Notes: a model not told the origin generated them from the letters alone. 64,000 nt of DNA from Eledone cirrhosa (GCA_964016885.1 OZ024755.1:17360001-17424000); one strand, 5' to 3'. Positions 39,173-54,170 are shown, counted from the stretch's first letter. Numbers and translations are program-made.

Positions 39173-39377
39173 CTCTTTAGCATTTAAACTGGCCATATCC
39201 AGCCAGAATTCTCTCACCTCTTTCTGTTCAAACCAGCTATAACTGGCCACTCATACTTATGCTAAGGTATTGTTCTCAAAATAATAACATCAAAATCTCA
39301 TAGATTCAATATTATGTGAGATAATTATGTAAGATAAAGCCTTTAATAGTATATATAGAGTAATGTTAACTAAAGGG
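39173..39377. mobile_element. piggyBac-like MITE
   Basis: TTAA on both sides and TIRs ctctttag.. / ..ctaaaggg. Other copies at ~4905-5110, ~10345-10550 (reverse) and ~32620-32735 (partial). Confidence 0.75.
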
Positions 39378-39386
39378 TTAACTGAA

Positions 39387-39637
39387 ATGTAAATATTTAG
39401 TGTTGTGGGCTGGGGAATATGTTTTGTAGATGTAAATATTTAGTGTTGTGGGCTGGGGAATATGTTTTGTAGATGTAAATATTTAGTGTTGTGGGCTGGG
39501 GAATATGTTTTGTAGATGTAAATATTTAGTGTTGTGGGCTGGGGAATATGTTTTGTGGATGTAAATATTTAGTGTTGTGGGCTGGGGAATATGTTTTGTA
39601 GATGTAAATATTTAGTGTTGTGGGCCGGAGAATATGT
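39387..39637. repeat. 43-bp minisatellite, ~6 copies
   Basis: Unit gatgtaaatatttagtgttgtgggctggggaatatgttttgta. Confidence 0.95.
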
Positions 39638-41237
39638 CTTCATCTCTAAAGATAAGGTTTATAGTACAAACAATGGGAAGAGAGAAAATTAAATAATGAG
39701 GAAAAAAAGGGAGAAGCAGGGAAAGAGACTCTATGTAACATAACTCAACTGCACCCCCATTGACAAGATAGGAAACAGATTGCCTTTTAGAGCAACCAGC
39801 AACACCCACTGCACTGACCACTCCACCTCACGGCACTCCACCTCACGGGGCTCCTTCTTCAGGCAGGATGCACTCCTCTCCAATTTTTTGTACAAAAATT
39901 CTCTCATCTCATTAACAACAATAAAATCTCAAGAACTTACATGTTTAAATAACAAAGCTAATCACCCATTGATGGATATTTTCTGATTAAAAAGACATCA
40001 ATCAATCAAATCAAATTATTTATTCTATTTTATTGATTACAATAAATATTGATTGATTATTGATGATTGACATAATCAATAATTTCTCTTTCGTTATTAT
40101 TCATAAAGTTATTTGCTTATAATGCTAACAAATTCACCATTAACAAACTAACGACTATATATATATTTCCTTCCTTTTTTTTATTTAATTAAATTCAGAT
40201 TGACTTCATTGTTGTTGCTATTATTATTATTAAAAATAAAGTACCAGTAATGTACTGAGTATTTGCTGGCCTTGTGCCTAAAATAGAAACAATTATTATT
40301 ATTGTTGTTGTTGCTATTGTAATTGTTATTCTTGTTGTTGTTATTGGTATGTTATTACTGTTATTATTATTGTTATTGGTTGTTGTTATTGTAATTGTTA
40401 TTCTTCTTATTATTAATATTTTTGTTGGTAGTTATTATTGTTGTTTTTGCTGTTATTGTTGGTGTTACTGTTGTTGTTGTTACTGTTATTATTTTTGTTG
40501 TTACTACTGTTATTATCGGTAGAGGGTCAGACGCCATGCTTTGAAGCATAGAGTTACCTCCCTTTACGATCTGAGTTCAAATCTTGCCGAGGTTAACTTT
40601 GCCTTTCATCCTTACAGGGTCGATAAAATAAAGTACCAGTAATACACTGGGATAATTGCAGGCCTTGTGCCAAAAGTAGAAACAATTATTATTGTTATTT
40701 CTGCTATTATTTTTGTTGTTATTACTGTTATTGTTTTTATTGTTGTTGTTGTTACTGTTATTATTTTTGTTGTTATCACTACTGTTATTATCGTTGTTAT
40801 TATTGTTGTTATTATTACTGTTATTTGTTGTTATCACTACTGTTGTTATTTTTGTTATTAGTGTTATTGTTGTTGTTTTTGCAGCTGATTATTTTGAACC
40901 ATTTTACTCTTTTATTTGCTTCCTTTTATACATTTTTTACCACATTTTTCTTAGAGATTTATTTCTGCAATCTGTTCCTGACACTTGCAGAAGTTTATAA
41001 TAAGTACTTATAAAATTACATACTAACTTTCTTAGAAAGCAAACTGATTAAGTAATATGTGTGCATTTACATTTGTATGACTATATATATATATATGTGT
41101 TTATGTATTTCTATATGTATTTATGTATATGTGTATATATATATATATAAATATGTGTATATGTATATGTGTACATGTATGTACATATATATATATTTAT
41201 GTGTGTGCGTGTATGTGTGTGTATTTATGTATATGTG

Positions 41238-41351
<114 letters not shown>

Positions 41352-41638
41352 TATATATATGCATAGATATATATGCATATATATGTATATATGTATATGT
41401 ATATATGTATATGTATATATGTATATATGTATATGTATATATGTATATATATATATATGTATATATATGTATATATCTATCTATCTATCTAAGGCGGGTA
41501 AAATTCCCGAGATCCATGTATATATATGTATATATATATATATATATGTATATATATGTATATATGTATATATATATATTTATATATATATATGTATATA
41601 TATATACATATATATATATGTATGTATATATATATATG

Positions 41639-41683
<45 letters not shown>

Positions 41684-41874
41684 ATATGTATATATATGTA
41701 TATATGTATATATATGTATATATATATGCATATATATGTATATATATATATGTATATATATATGTATATATATATGTATATATATATGTGTATATATATA
41801 TGTGTATATATATATGTGTATATATATATATGTATATATATATATGTATATATATATGTATGTATATATATATG

Positions 41875-41905
<31 letters not shown>

Positions 41906-41910
41906 GTACA

Positions 41911-41953
<43 letters not shown>

Positions 41954-42164
41954 GTGTGTGAGTGTGTATGTGTTTTAGTTCATACATATAATTTTTTGAT
42001 AATCTTATTGTCTTGAAAACTGATAAGATTTTTTTCTGAAGGCATGTGTGATTTAAATGAATTATGTTTATATGCACACACAGTAAAGAATAAATGATCT
42101 ATTCTCCCTATCATTCTGATACACACATCCACACATGTATGTTTATATGTGTGTATACACACTT

Positions 42165-42205
<41 letters not shown>

Positions 42206-42319
42206 CAAAATTCAAAGTAAAATAGGTGGCAAAATATAATACTATTTATTTTGATCTTAACAAAGCAACATGTATACACAAATTGATAGATGTACATACT
42301 CACACACACATATATATAC

Positions 42320-43145
42320 ATATATACACACATATATATGCACAAATATACACACCTAAATTCACACAGACATCACACATATATACACACATATATATGC
42401 ACAAATATACACACCTAAATTCACACAGACATCACACATATATACACACATATATATGCACAAATATACACACCTAAATTCACACAGACATCACACATAT
42501 ATACACACATATATATGCACAAATATACACACCTAAATTCACACAGACATCACACATATATACACACATATATACACACCTAAATTCACACAGACATCAC
42601 ACATATATACACACATATATATGCACAAATATACACACCTAAATTCACACAGACATCACACATATATACACACATATATATGCACAAATATACACACCTA
42701 AATTCACACAGACATCACACATATATACACACATATATATGCACAAATATACACACCTAAATTCACACAGACATCACACATATATACACACATATATATG
42801 CACAAATATACACACCTAAATTCACAGACATCACACAGACATCACACAGACATCACACATATATACACACATATATATGCACAAATATACACACCTAAAT
42901 TCACACAGACATCACACATATATACACACATATATATGCACAAATATACACACCTAAATTCACAGACATCACACAGACATCACACATATATACACACATA
43001 TATACACACATATATATGCACAAATATACACACCTAAATTCACAGACATCACACAGACATCACACAGACATACACACATATATATGCACAAATATATATG
43101 CACAAATATACACACCTAAATTCACAGATATCACAGACATCACAG
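42320..43145. repeat. 59-bp minisatellite, ~13 copies
   Basis: Unit cacatatatacacacatatatatgcacaaatatacacacctaaattcacacagacatca, with variants. Confidence 0.95.
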
Positions 43146-43447
43146 ACAATACTTGCAGAATGTTCTCAGTTTTATGCTTCACTAGAATAAAATGATATTT
43201 CAGTAGGTCACCATAGCAAAGACTGACACAATTCAACATGGATGCCTATATAACTAAATGTACAGTGAAAACAAACTTCTCAATAAAGACTATTGCAATG
43301 CTGTATCACTTATGCAGATATGTTCTTATAATTTGGCCACCATTGCATGTATTGTAGTTGTTATTGTCGTTGTTGTTATGAAGATAAACAGCTGAGCTTG
43401 CGAGATAATCTGATAATAGAATAAATTAAAGAATATATATACATATG

Positions 43448-43487
<40 letters not shown>

Positions 43488-43748
43488 CATACACACATGT
43501 ATATATATACACACACACATACACATATATATATATAGGTGTGTGTGTGTATATATATATATATATACAAACATGTGTATATATACACACACATACACAT
43601 ATATATATAGGTGTGTATATATATATATATACACAAACATGTGTATATATACACACACATACACATATATATATAGGTGTGTGTGTGTATATATATATAT
43701 ATACACAAACATGTGTATATATACACACACATACACATATATATATAG

Positions 43749-43779
<31 letters not shown>

Positions 43780-44051
43780 CAAACATGTGTATATATACAC
43801 ACACATACACATATATATATAGGTGTGTGTGTGTATATATATATATATATACACACATGTGTATATATACACACACATACACATATATATATATATAGGT
43901 GTGTGTATGTGTCTGTGTCTATATTTATATATATATGCATAAATAAGTATATGCTCCAAATCCATGCAAGCGTGGAACATGGACGTTAAACGATGATGAT
44001 GATGATGATGATGTATGTATAAATAAGTATATGTATGTGTATATATACTTT

Positions 44052-44117
<66 letters not shown>

Positions 44118-44190
44118 CTTTTGTATATATATATATATATATATACTTTTGTATATATATATATATGTATATATATACATATATATTTTG

Positions 44191-44222
<32 letters not shown>

Positions 44223-44266
44223 TACTTTTGTATATATATATATGTATATATATATATATACTTTTG

Positions 44267-44298
<32 letters not shown>

Positions 44299-44324
44299 TA
44301 CTTATATATATATATATATATACT

Positions 44325-44372
<48 letters not shown>

Positions 44373-45019
44373 TATATGTATATACACATATAAGTAATAA
44401 GTCTCTCTATCTCTATATATGCTTATCCACAAAAATAGCTAATATTGCTGAAAAGTATTTTATATTTTCCCCCAATGGTATGTACAAAATTTGTATTCTA
44501 CCCTAACTATGGTAGCTTAGCAATTATCTGCTTTCTTTGAAGAGAAAACAGGATTTGAAATGTAGCGTAAGATTATCAAATATCAGTGGTGTGATATCAC
44601 ATATATTATAGTGTATAATAATTGTTTCTACGTTTGGCACAAGGCCAGCAATTATCCAGTGCATTACTGGTACTTTATTTTATCAACCCCGTAAGGATGA
44701 AAGGCAAAGTTAACCTCGGCGGGATTTGAACTCAGAATGGCAAGGGCCGTAACTCTATGCGTCAAAGCATGGCGTCCGACCCTCTACCGATACTGCCAAT
44801 CTACCGCCCTAACATGGCGTCCGACCCTCTACCGATACTGCCAATCCACCGCCCTTATAGTGTATGATAATATAGCATATTATATCACATTTGAAGTGAG
44901 GCCAGTCTTTTGAATATGATAACTTTAAAACTGGCATATGTGAGATAAATCTGCTATGCCCATATCTATCTTACAGTATTCTCACCTAGACAATATTTAC
45001 TTCTTTGGTATATTTAATG

Positions 45020-45690
45020 TCAAATATTTTTCTTTTCTTTACAAAGAAAGAGAACTGAGTTAATTTAGTCACCTACAGCATAAACATTATGAAGAAGCAG
45101 GTGACTTATGAAGATTACTCAGTACCTAGCTTGAAGTTAATTCACTCAGGGGTTTTTCCAAAGAATCCCAAGTGTGATTTGAGATATCTGAATCTCAATG
45201 TTTTACTAATAACTTTTAGTGACAAAGAAAAAATATATAACAGAGTTTTTTTTTTACGAAGGAAGAAAGATGGGTTAATTTAGTCACCTTACAGCATATA
45301 CATTAAAGAGCATGTGCCTTATGAAGGTGCTCAGTATCTTATTTGAAGGTACTTTCCTCAGGGTTTTTCCAAATAGTCAGCATCAAGTGTGATTTAAAAT
45401 ATCTTAATACCAATGTTTTTCTAATAACATATTAGAAAAAATATATAACAAAGTTTCTTTTATGAAGAAAGAAAGCTAAGTTAATTTAGTCACCTACAGC
45501 ATATACATTAGTGACTTATACAGGTGACTTATGAAGGCACTTCATACCTAGCTTATATATCTTATTTGAAGGTACTTCCCTTGGTGTGTTTCCAAATAAA
45601 CCTTGGATAGTCAGCATGTGATTTGAAATATCTTGATATTAATGTTTGACTATTAACATATTGAAACAAAGAAAAAATATATAAGAGAGA
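45020..45690. repeat. Three diverged ~210-bp tandem copies
   Basis: taatttagtcacct at ~45061, 45276 and 45482, each followed by related sequence. Confidence 0.8.
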
Positions 45691-46553
45691 TAAAAGAAAG
45701 GCCTAGTTACTTGCTTTCTTCTCAAAGCCATCCATTTGTAGTTGCACAAAGAAAACAGCTCACAACAAAAAATAGATAGAAAATTGTTTCACTGTAGAAA
45801 TAGTAATAATAATAATAATAGTAGCGACAGCAGCTACTTAAACCATGAGAAGACTAGAATACAAGCATTGTATATCATGATGTGTGTGTGTGTGTGTGAA
45901 ACTGTAAGAGGGCGTAGTCTATATGTGAACATTTAGTATGTCTGAACAAATTCCACTAACTTTGAAAGAACTCAGATGTTGTACTGGAAGCAAAGATATA
46001 AACAGAGCAATACTTATATCCTCTTAGTTACTTTTAACATTCGATTCCAACTACCACAGAGAATGGTTTACTTTCTACTCGAGGAGACATTAGTTCTATA
46101 GATAATCTCAAGTTAACTCAGTGATACTAGATAAGTATATATATATATATATAAACACATATATATATAAACATATATACACACACACATACCTACACAC
46201 ATATATATATATATATAAACATATATATATATATATAAACATATATACACACATACATACCTACACATATATATATATACATTTATACATACATATATAA
46301 ATATATATATTTGTGAGGACAATGGATTACCAGATCTATTAATTTATCTCGTATATGATAAATATTCAAATCTCTAAAATATGGCACCAGAGGATGGCCT
46401 TAAAGTGTATCTTGAGGTAGAGTAGATTAATATATTTCTTAAACCCTAACTTTTAACTGAATCTTAAGCTTATGTTTTACTTAACTAATGAAATAATGGT
46501 GTAACTGCTTATATATATATGTGTGTGCCTGTGTGTATGTATATTTATATATG

Positions 46554-46620
<67 letters not shown>

Positions 46621-46840
46621 CTGTTGTGTACAATGTGTATAAAAGACAATGATCCACTTTCAAAAGGCTATATTTTAAGTTTATTTGTTTTAAAAATATA
46701 CACTTTTGAAATCGAATGATTCTTTTTAATACACCCTGTATATCGTTTGAAATATAAATGGTGTATTTTTTTTATATTTATAATATTAGATGTTGCCTTC
46801 TTCTCTTCTGTGTCTTATAATGGTGACTTAACTATTTCAG

Positions 46841-46933
46841 GGAAATACATCATCCCCACTTGCTAAATATGATACCCAAGATGGAGAAAGATCAAATGAA
46901 AGCTCAGTGGATGGTGATAGAAAAAATATCAAT
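46841..46933 (+). CDS. Small phase 0-0 exon (31 aa), probable linker of the same gene
   Basis: tttcAG|GGA acceptor and AAT|GTAAGT consensus donor, 93 nt open. Encodes GNTSSPLAKYDTQDGERSNESSVDGDRKNIN. Confidence 0.65.
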
Positions 46934-47474
46934 GTAAGTTATCAATGTTAGATTTAAGAATGTTTTATAGTTTAACTTAGAAGCCAAAGTGATAAGATTA
47001 AATGACAATAATCTTTAATATTTTCACCCATTGTGTTAAAAAAGTAGTATGTATTTTTAGGTGAAATAATAGTTTCTGATTTAGGAAATGGGCAACAATT
47101 TTAGGGGAGGGGAAAGTCAATCAAATTGACCCCAGTATATTACTGGTGCTTTATTTTATTGACCCCATAAGGATGAAAGGCAAAGCTAACTTCCATGGGA
47201 TGTGAACTCAGACTGTAAATGACTGTAACTCTATGCTGCAAAACATGGTGTACAACGCTTTACCGATTCTACCAATCCACCGCCCTATTTTTAGGTGATA
47301 TAATGGCTGTGATTTAACTGTGAATGGTTGGAATAAATCCAAGAAAAGTTTTCATGTGTGGCATGTTCTTGTAACCCAGTTATTTAGAGGCTATGTTTAG
47401 TAGATTGTTTGGCAATGATAGCACTCATTGTTAGCCTTGATCATTTTTAGTTAACTGTGTTAAAATTAACATAC

Positions 47475-47699
47475 ATTATATATATGTTTACCTTTTACAT
47501 ATATATATATAGATATATAGATATATAATATATATACAAGGTTTGACTGAAAAGTTCATAGGAAATGTAAGGTCAAATGAATATATTTTATAACATAAAA
47601 GATGCCAGTTACTCAGAAGTATTATCTTTGATGAGCTCTTCCAATAGTTGGAAGAACCCAACAAAAGCCTATACCTCTCAATAACGGCCAACTTTTATG

Positions 47700-47763
<64 letters not shown>

Positions 47764-47878
47764 TCATCATCACCATCATCACCGTTTTACGTCCGTTCTT
47801 CCACGCTAGCATGGGTTAGACAGGTTGTCCTGTTGTGGGCAGTGTCCAGTCGGCTGACCTTGTCTTGCTCATATGCAC

Positions 47879-47932
<54 letters not shown>

Positions 47933-48588
47933 GAGACTGGGCATTGTGTGCAGAGGATATACGCAGACTGGAGAGGAACGAAGCTTGCATGCTCCGCTGG
48001 ATGTGTAATAGTAATATACGTGAACAGCAAAGCATAAACAAACTAAGGGAAAAATTAGAAATAAGAGGGATCAGATGTTGTTTACTCGAGAGAAGACTAC
48101 GTTGGTATGGTCACGTGATGCGCATGAAAGACGACAGCTGTATAAAAAAGTGCAGGGCGATATAAAAAAATAGACGGTAGCCACGGAGTAGGCAGACCCA
48201 GAAAAACCTGGGATAACTTGATAAATTCCGACCTCACACACTTACACCTCTCCAAGACAATGTCACTGGACCGAGATCTTTGGTGCTACACGGTAATACA
48301 GAAGACCCGCCTTACCTAAGTACAAAGTGAAACCTACTACAGTCAGTAGGCACCTCTAACAAAAATACACCCCCGTCCCACTACCCCCACCACATCCACA
48401 CCACCCCTTTAAATGTAAAGTTATGTTGGTACCACAACATCCAGTCCGAAATAAATGAGGTCGTGTAGGTGTCACGACAAAAAAAACACACAGTCCTTGC
48501 TGTAATGTGGCCATGTAAGTAACACGGTAAAAACCTCCCAGTCCACACTGGACGTTAAACGATGATGATGATGATGATGATATATATG

Positions 48589-48621
<33 letters not shown>

Positions 48622-48668
48622 GTATATATATATGTATATATATATATATGTATATATATATGTATATA

Positions 48669-48722
<54 letters not shown>

Positions 48723-49083
48723 TATGAGCAAGACAAGGTCAGCCGACTGGACACTGGCCACAACAAGGACAACCCGTCTAACCCATGCTAGCGTGGAAGA
48801 ACGGTCGTAAAACAGTGATGATGATGATGATGATATATATATATATACATATATATATATCATAAAAGATGGCCGTTATTGAGAGGTATAGGCTTTTGTT
48901 GGGTTCTTCCAACTATTGGAAGAGCTCATCAAAGATAATACTTCTGAATAACTGGCATCTTTTATGATATAAAATATATTCATTTGACCTTACATTTCCT
49001 ATGAACTTTTCAGTCAAACCTTGTATATATATTATATATCTATATATCTATATATATATATGTAAAAGGTAAACATATATATA

Positions 49084-49085
<2 letters not shown>
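47475..49085. repeat. Fold-back inverted duplication 4 (~400-bp arms around an RTE fragment)
   Basis: 47475-47878 versus 48718-49085. The ~230-bp non-LINE part has about 3 mismatches. Confidence 0.92.
47932..48581 (+). mobile_element. RTE family 1-related 3' fragment (older subfamily)
   Basis: Encodes EDIRRLERNEACMLRWMC...RRLRWYGHVMRMKDDSCIKKC, then a UTR and (GAT)n. Related UTR fragments at 13495-13690 (+), 14810-15255 (+) and 26728-27010 (-). Confidence 0.85.
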
Positions 49086-49132
<47 letters not shown>

Positions 49133-49134
49133 CA

Positions 49135-49391
49135 TGAGGTGATATCAAAAGGTTTCTGGACTAGTTCTGTAAAATGCCAACAGATGGTAACACATGATTG
49201 CGTGCACAGTGAGAGCTAACAGTGACATTGCTGTGTTCACTTTGCAAGTTGTGAAATTTATGTTTTTGTGATCATAAGGATGATGTGATTTTGTCATGAA
49301 CAGGAAATTGGAACAAAGAGCCAACATGAAATTTTGTGTTCATTTTGGGAAGTCTGCTACAGAGACATTGAGCATGCTTCGGCAAGCTTAC
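49135..49391 (+). mobile_element. Mariner element 5' fragment
   Basis: From 49296 encodes MNRKLEQRANMKFCVHFGKSATETLSMLRQAY, the N-terminal HTH of mariner transposases. Preceded by TIR-like tgaggtgatatcaaaaggttt. Confidence 0.8.
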
Positions 49392-50285
49392 TTTTTGTAA
49401 CAAATGAACCTGTTGAACCATCCCCAGTTCCCTCAGATTCTGTAGTTTACATTGACAAGGACCAGCAATCTAAGAGAGGAATAGTTGAACCCATATGTTA
49501 TTCAACACAGCAGATAAAAGATTATATTTAAGAGTGATTGTATCATAGCAATAATTTAACTGCCTGAATAGTTGTGGGCTAGTAGCTTGCTTTGTATAAC
49601 TGAAACCAAATATTTGCAATTCTACTTTTCATTGTATTTACTGTGACAATAAATTGAATCGAATTTTGTAGTTTATTGGAATCTCTACAGTTATGAATGC
49701 TAGAGAAAACTCTGAAGTTTAGAGATGAGTTTCAGTGAGGATACTCACAATCACATTATACCACAGTAAATATAAGAGAAAAGCGATAGTAACGATTTTA
49801 CATATATGTTTTCATACTGGCATATATTGAACATATCTGCAAGTTCAAATATTTACATAGCTTCTTCAAGCTAAGATTTTATAGCAGAAAACCAATTGAT
49901 CTTAACAATAAAATATTTGCATCTCTCTAGAAGAAATGGGCCTCAGTCAGTTTTAGTGATGACTGATCCAGTTGATTGATTACTGGAACAATCTGCTCAT
50001 GAAATTAACATGTAAGTAAGTGTCTGAGTATTCCACAGACATATGTAACATTAATCTCAGGGAGATTCAGCGTGTCACAGTGTGTAACAAGGCTGCTCTC
50101 TTGAATAACAGTTGCAGTCCCTTCAACAGGCTTCCAAATTATTTCTGTCAAGCCAATTTCATTCACAAAGCATAGGTTGACCTACAGCTATGGTAAATGA
50201 TAGGTGTGATACTTGCCCAAGATGCCATCTATTGGGATCAAACTGAGAACCTAATGATTGCAAAGCAAACTCTTTAACTGTGTGG

Positions 50286-50622
50286 CCATGCTGCATCTAT
50301 CAATCACATCCCTGCAACTGGATGCACCAGCTGTCATGTGCTACTCTAGACACTTTTGTAGTCACCTAACACCACTGGTCTCTATTCTCCATCACTCTAC
50401 CATGCTGCATATATCAATCACATTCCTGCAACTGGGTGCACCAGCTGCGATGTGCCACTCTAGACTCTTTCATAGTCAGCCATTGAACTGGTCTCTATTC
50501 TCTATCATTCTGCTATGCTGCAACAATCAATCACATCACCACATCTGGTGCAGCCAGTCATTGGGTGCCACTCTCGACATTTTCATAGCCAGCCATCATC
50601 ACTGGTCTCTATTCTCTGTCAT
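50286..50622. repeat. Three diverged ~114-bp tandem copies
   Basis: atgctgca..tcaatcacat..cactctaga..actggtctctattctc repeated three times. Confidence 0.85.
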
Positions 50623-50793
50623 GCATACAACTAGATATACTGAAATCCAAAAGATAATATGATACTTCAAAAGAAATACAAAGTTTACAGTAGAGTTCAG
50701 TGTCTTGACTTACAAGTAATTAAACGGTTTTGTTTATAATTAGTTCATTATATGATCTGATTAATGAAAAAACAAACATTCTATTATCTTTAA

Positions 50794-51061
50794 TCCCTTT
50801 GATTAGAAACCACCCGAAACCACCTCAAGACACCTCTGGTATCATAATATAAAACTGTATATGTTAAAGTGTTTGTATTTATCTAAAAATTCCTTTCATC
50901 ATAATTTTATGCAAGTATTTTTACAATGTTCTAAACACCAGCATGATAATATGAAAATTGGTTATATTACTAAATCCCACCTAATTCTTAATTATTTTCA
51001 AAATTATTTGAAAATCAAAGGCAATGTATTTAATTTCATTAGGAATACGGTAATGAAAGGG
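50794..51061. mobile_element. piggyBac-like MITE, second family
   Basis: ttaa-tcccttt ... gaaaggg-ttaa ends. Diverged relatives at ~3600-3810 and ~51533-51795 (reverse). Confidence 0.55.
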
Positions 51062-52053
51062 TTAATAGATCAGCTTCATTTGCCTTTTCATTGTAAATTT
51101 ATCATTTTTTTATAGGTGTATTTTATTACCATTTATAAGTGTAACTGTAAGAGAGTAACAGTAAACGTTTGCGAGAACTACCAGTCATTCATGAGATGGT
51201 GTTCTAGTTCCAGTGTTGTGATTCTAAGTGGATATACAAATAATAATTGTTTCTACTTTTGGCACAAGGCCAGCAATTATTCCAGTGTATTACTGGTACT
51301 GCATTTTATCAACCCCATAAGGATGAAAGGCAAAGTTAACCTCGCCGGGATTTGAACTCAGTCCATAAAGAGCCGTAACTCTTTGCTGCAAAACATGGTG
51401 TCTGACCCTCTACTAATACTGCCAATCCACCAATAATGTCAGCCTAATCTAGTGAATATTTCAACAAGATATTGTTGATATACTTGTAATGTATGATGTA
51501 GCATTTCTAGGGGAGCTATGACACCAAACCTTAGCCCTCTCGTTATCATATTTTTAACAACAAACATTCTGTATAATTTTCAAATAATTTTGAAAATAAT
51601 CATGAATTTGGAGGAATTTAATAATCTAACCAACTTTCTTATTATTGAGTTGCTGTTTGCAGCATAATTTTAAAAAAAGCTCTTACATAAAATCCTGATG
51701 GAAAACGTTTTTAGATAAATATAAGAATTTTAAAATATATGGTTTTGTATTGTAGAAGCAAATGTGGTTTTGGGTGGTTTGGTATCAAAGTAGTTAAGCT
51801 TATTGCTCAAAGATCTGACAAAAAGCCTGCAGCAGATTTAAAGTGAAGATTCATATTTTAGTAGTCCAATATATATTTTTTACTTTGCCATTTTGTCTCT
51901 ACTGTAAAAATATGTTCATGTTATTTCGTTAATCATATAATATTGAAACAAAGTTATCTCTAAACTAAAATATTTAGTTTGTTGAAGATGAGAAAATATA
52001 TGTATGTCTATAATCTATTTATTCATGATATTGGTTTGGTTTTGTTTGTGCAG

Positions 52054-52218
52054 CTGTTGACTAGGAAGGACAGACAACTATATCTCTCCAAAGATCAAGA
52101 ACAATATCAAAGATTAATACAAGACATAAGCAGTAATTTACATCTGCTTAACACCAAGCTTTGTTTACAGCCATTGGTATCCCATCTGAATATTGAGACT
52201 CACCTTACTGAACACAAT
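52054..52218 (+). CDS. Spectrin-repeat gene exon (55 aa)
   Basis: ttgtgcAG|CTG acceptor and AAT|GTAAGT donor. Encodes LLTRKDRQLYLSKDQEQYQRLIQDISSNL...ETHLTEHN. Confidence 0.82.
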
Positions 52219-52240
52219 GTAAGTGTTTCATTTAAATTTT

Positions 52241-53036
52241 AAACATTTATCACAAAACTTACACACAGTATCTTAAATGTTTATCACAAAAGTTACAAAC
52301 AATATCTTAAACATTTATCACAAAAGTTAGACACAATATCTTAAATATTTATACAGAAGTTAGACACAGTATCTTAAATATTTATCACAGAAGTTAGACA
52401 CAGTATCTTAAACATTTACCACAGAAGTTAGACACAATATCTTAAACATTTACCACAGAAGTTAGACACAATATCTTAAATATTTATACAGAAGTTAGAC
52501 ACAGTATCTTAAATGTTTATCACAAAAGTTACAAACAATATCTTAAACATTTATCACAAAAGTTAGACACAATATCTTAAATGTTTATCACAGAAGTTAG
52601 ACACAGTATCTTAAATGTTTATCACAAAAGTTACAAACAATATCTTAAACATTTATCACAAAAGTTAGACACAATATCTTAAATATTTATACAGAAGTTA
52701 GACACAGTATCTTAAATATTTATCACAGAAGTTAGACACAATATCTTAAACATTTACCACAGAAGTTAGACACAATATCTTAAATGTTTATCACAGAAGT
52801 TACACACAATATCTTAAACATTTATCACAAAAGTTAGACACAATATCTTAAACATTTACCACAGAAGTTAGACACAATATCTTAAATGTTTATCACAGAA
52901 GTTACACACAATATATTAAACATTTATCACAGAAGTTAGACACAGTATCTTAAATATTTATACAGAAGTTAGACACAATATCTTAAACATTTATCACAAA
53001 AGTTACACACAATATCTTAAACGTTTATCACAAAAG
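52241..53036. repeat. 34-bp minisatellite, ~23 copies
   Basis: Unit aaacatttatcacagaagttagacacaatatctt with variants, no spacers. Confidence 0.95.
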
Positions 53037-53742
53037 TGTGTTTGTCAGTCTGTATCTGTCAGTGTATTTGTGTCAGTCTGTATCTGTCAGTGTATTTGTG
53101 TCAGTGTGTGTGTGTCAGTGGGTTTGTGTCAGTGGGTTTGTGTCAGTGTGTTTGTGTCTGTGTATGGCTGCATCTGTGTATAGTTGTGCCTGTGTATGTT
53201 TGTGTCAGTGTGTATGTGTCAGTGTGTTTGTCAGTGTGTTTGTCAGTCTGTATGTGTCAGTGTGTTTGTCAGTCTGTATGTGTCAGTGTGTTTGTGTTAG
53301 TGTGTATGTGTCAGTGTGTTTGTGTTAGTGTGTATGTGTCAGTGTATTTGTGTAATGTGTATGCGTTGTTAGCAGTTTTAGAGTGTAATCTAATAATAAC
53401 ATTTTGTAGTTTGAGTTTAGAATTTTCTCAATTTTGTACAAGTGTGAAATATTTTTAATCTGCAGGCCTGGCTATGTTGTTAAGAAATTCACTTTGTAGT
53501 CACATAGTTTCAGGCTCCATCCAATGATGTGCTATCAATGTCTTTTTGTTGAAGCTCTAAGTTACAAACAGACTGTGTATAAATGTATATGTATATATAT
53601 AGGTATACATTATATATACATATATATAGGTATATATAGAGGTATATATTATATATATATATATAGGTATATATATATATATATAGGTACATATATATAT
53701 ATATATATAGGTATATATATATATATAGGTATATATATATAT

Positions 53743-53793
<51 letters not shown>

Positions 53794-54012
53794 TATATAT
53801 ATATATATACCTATATATATATATATATATATATATATAGGTATATATATATATATACCTATATATATATATATATATATATAGGTATATATATATATAT
53901 ACCTATATATATATATATATATATATATATAGGTATATATATATATATACCTATATATATATATATATATATATATATAGGTATATATATATATATACCT
54001 ATATATATATAT

Positions 54013-54047
<35 letters not shown>

Positions 54048-54134
54048 TATACATATATATATATATATATATATAGGTATATATATATATATACCTATAT
54101 ATATATATATATATATATAGGTATATATATATAT

Positions 54135-54170
<36 letters not shown>

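Noticed and set aside
40274-41013. Signal-peptide or transmembrane-like Leu/Val/Ile ORFs
   Set aside because: Degenerate (TTG/TTA)n trinucleotide repeats around SINE tails.
47625-47670. Hairpin tcttccaa-tag-ttggaaga preceded by ttgatgag as a hammerhead
   Set aside because: No GAAA box, stem III or stem I follows.
52241-53036. CRISPR-like 34-bp repeats (also the 43-bp array at 39387)
   Set aside because: The units are head-to-tail with no unique spacers, there are no cas genes, and the context is a eukaryotic intron.
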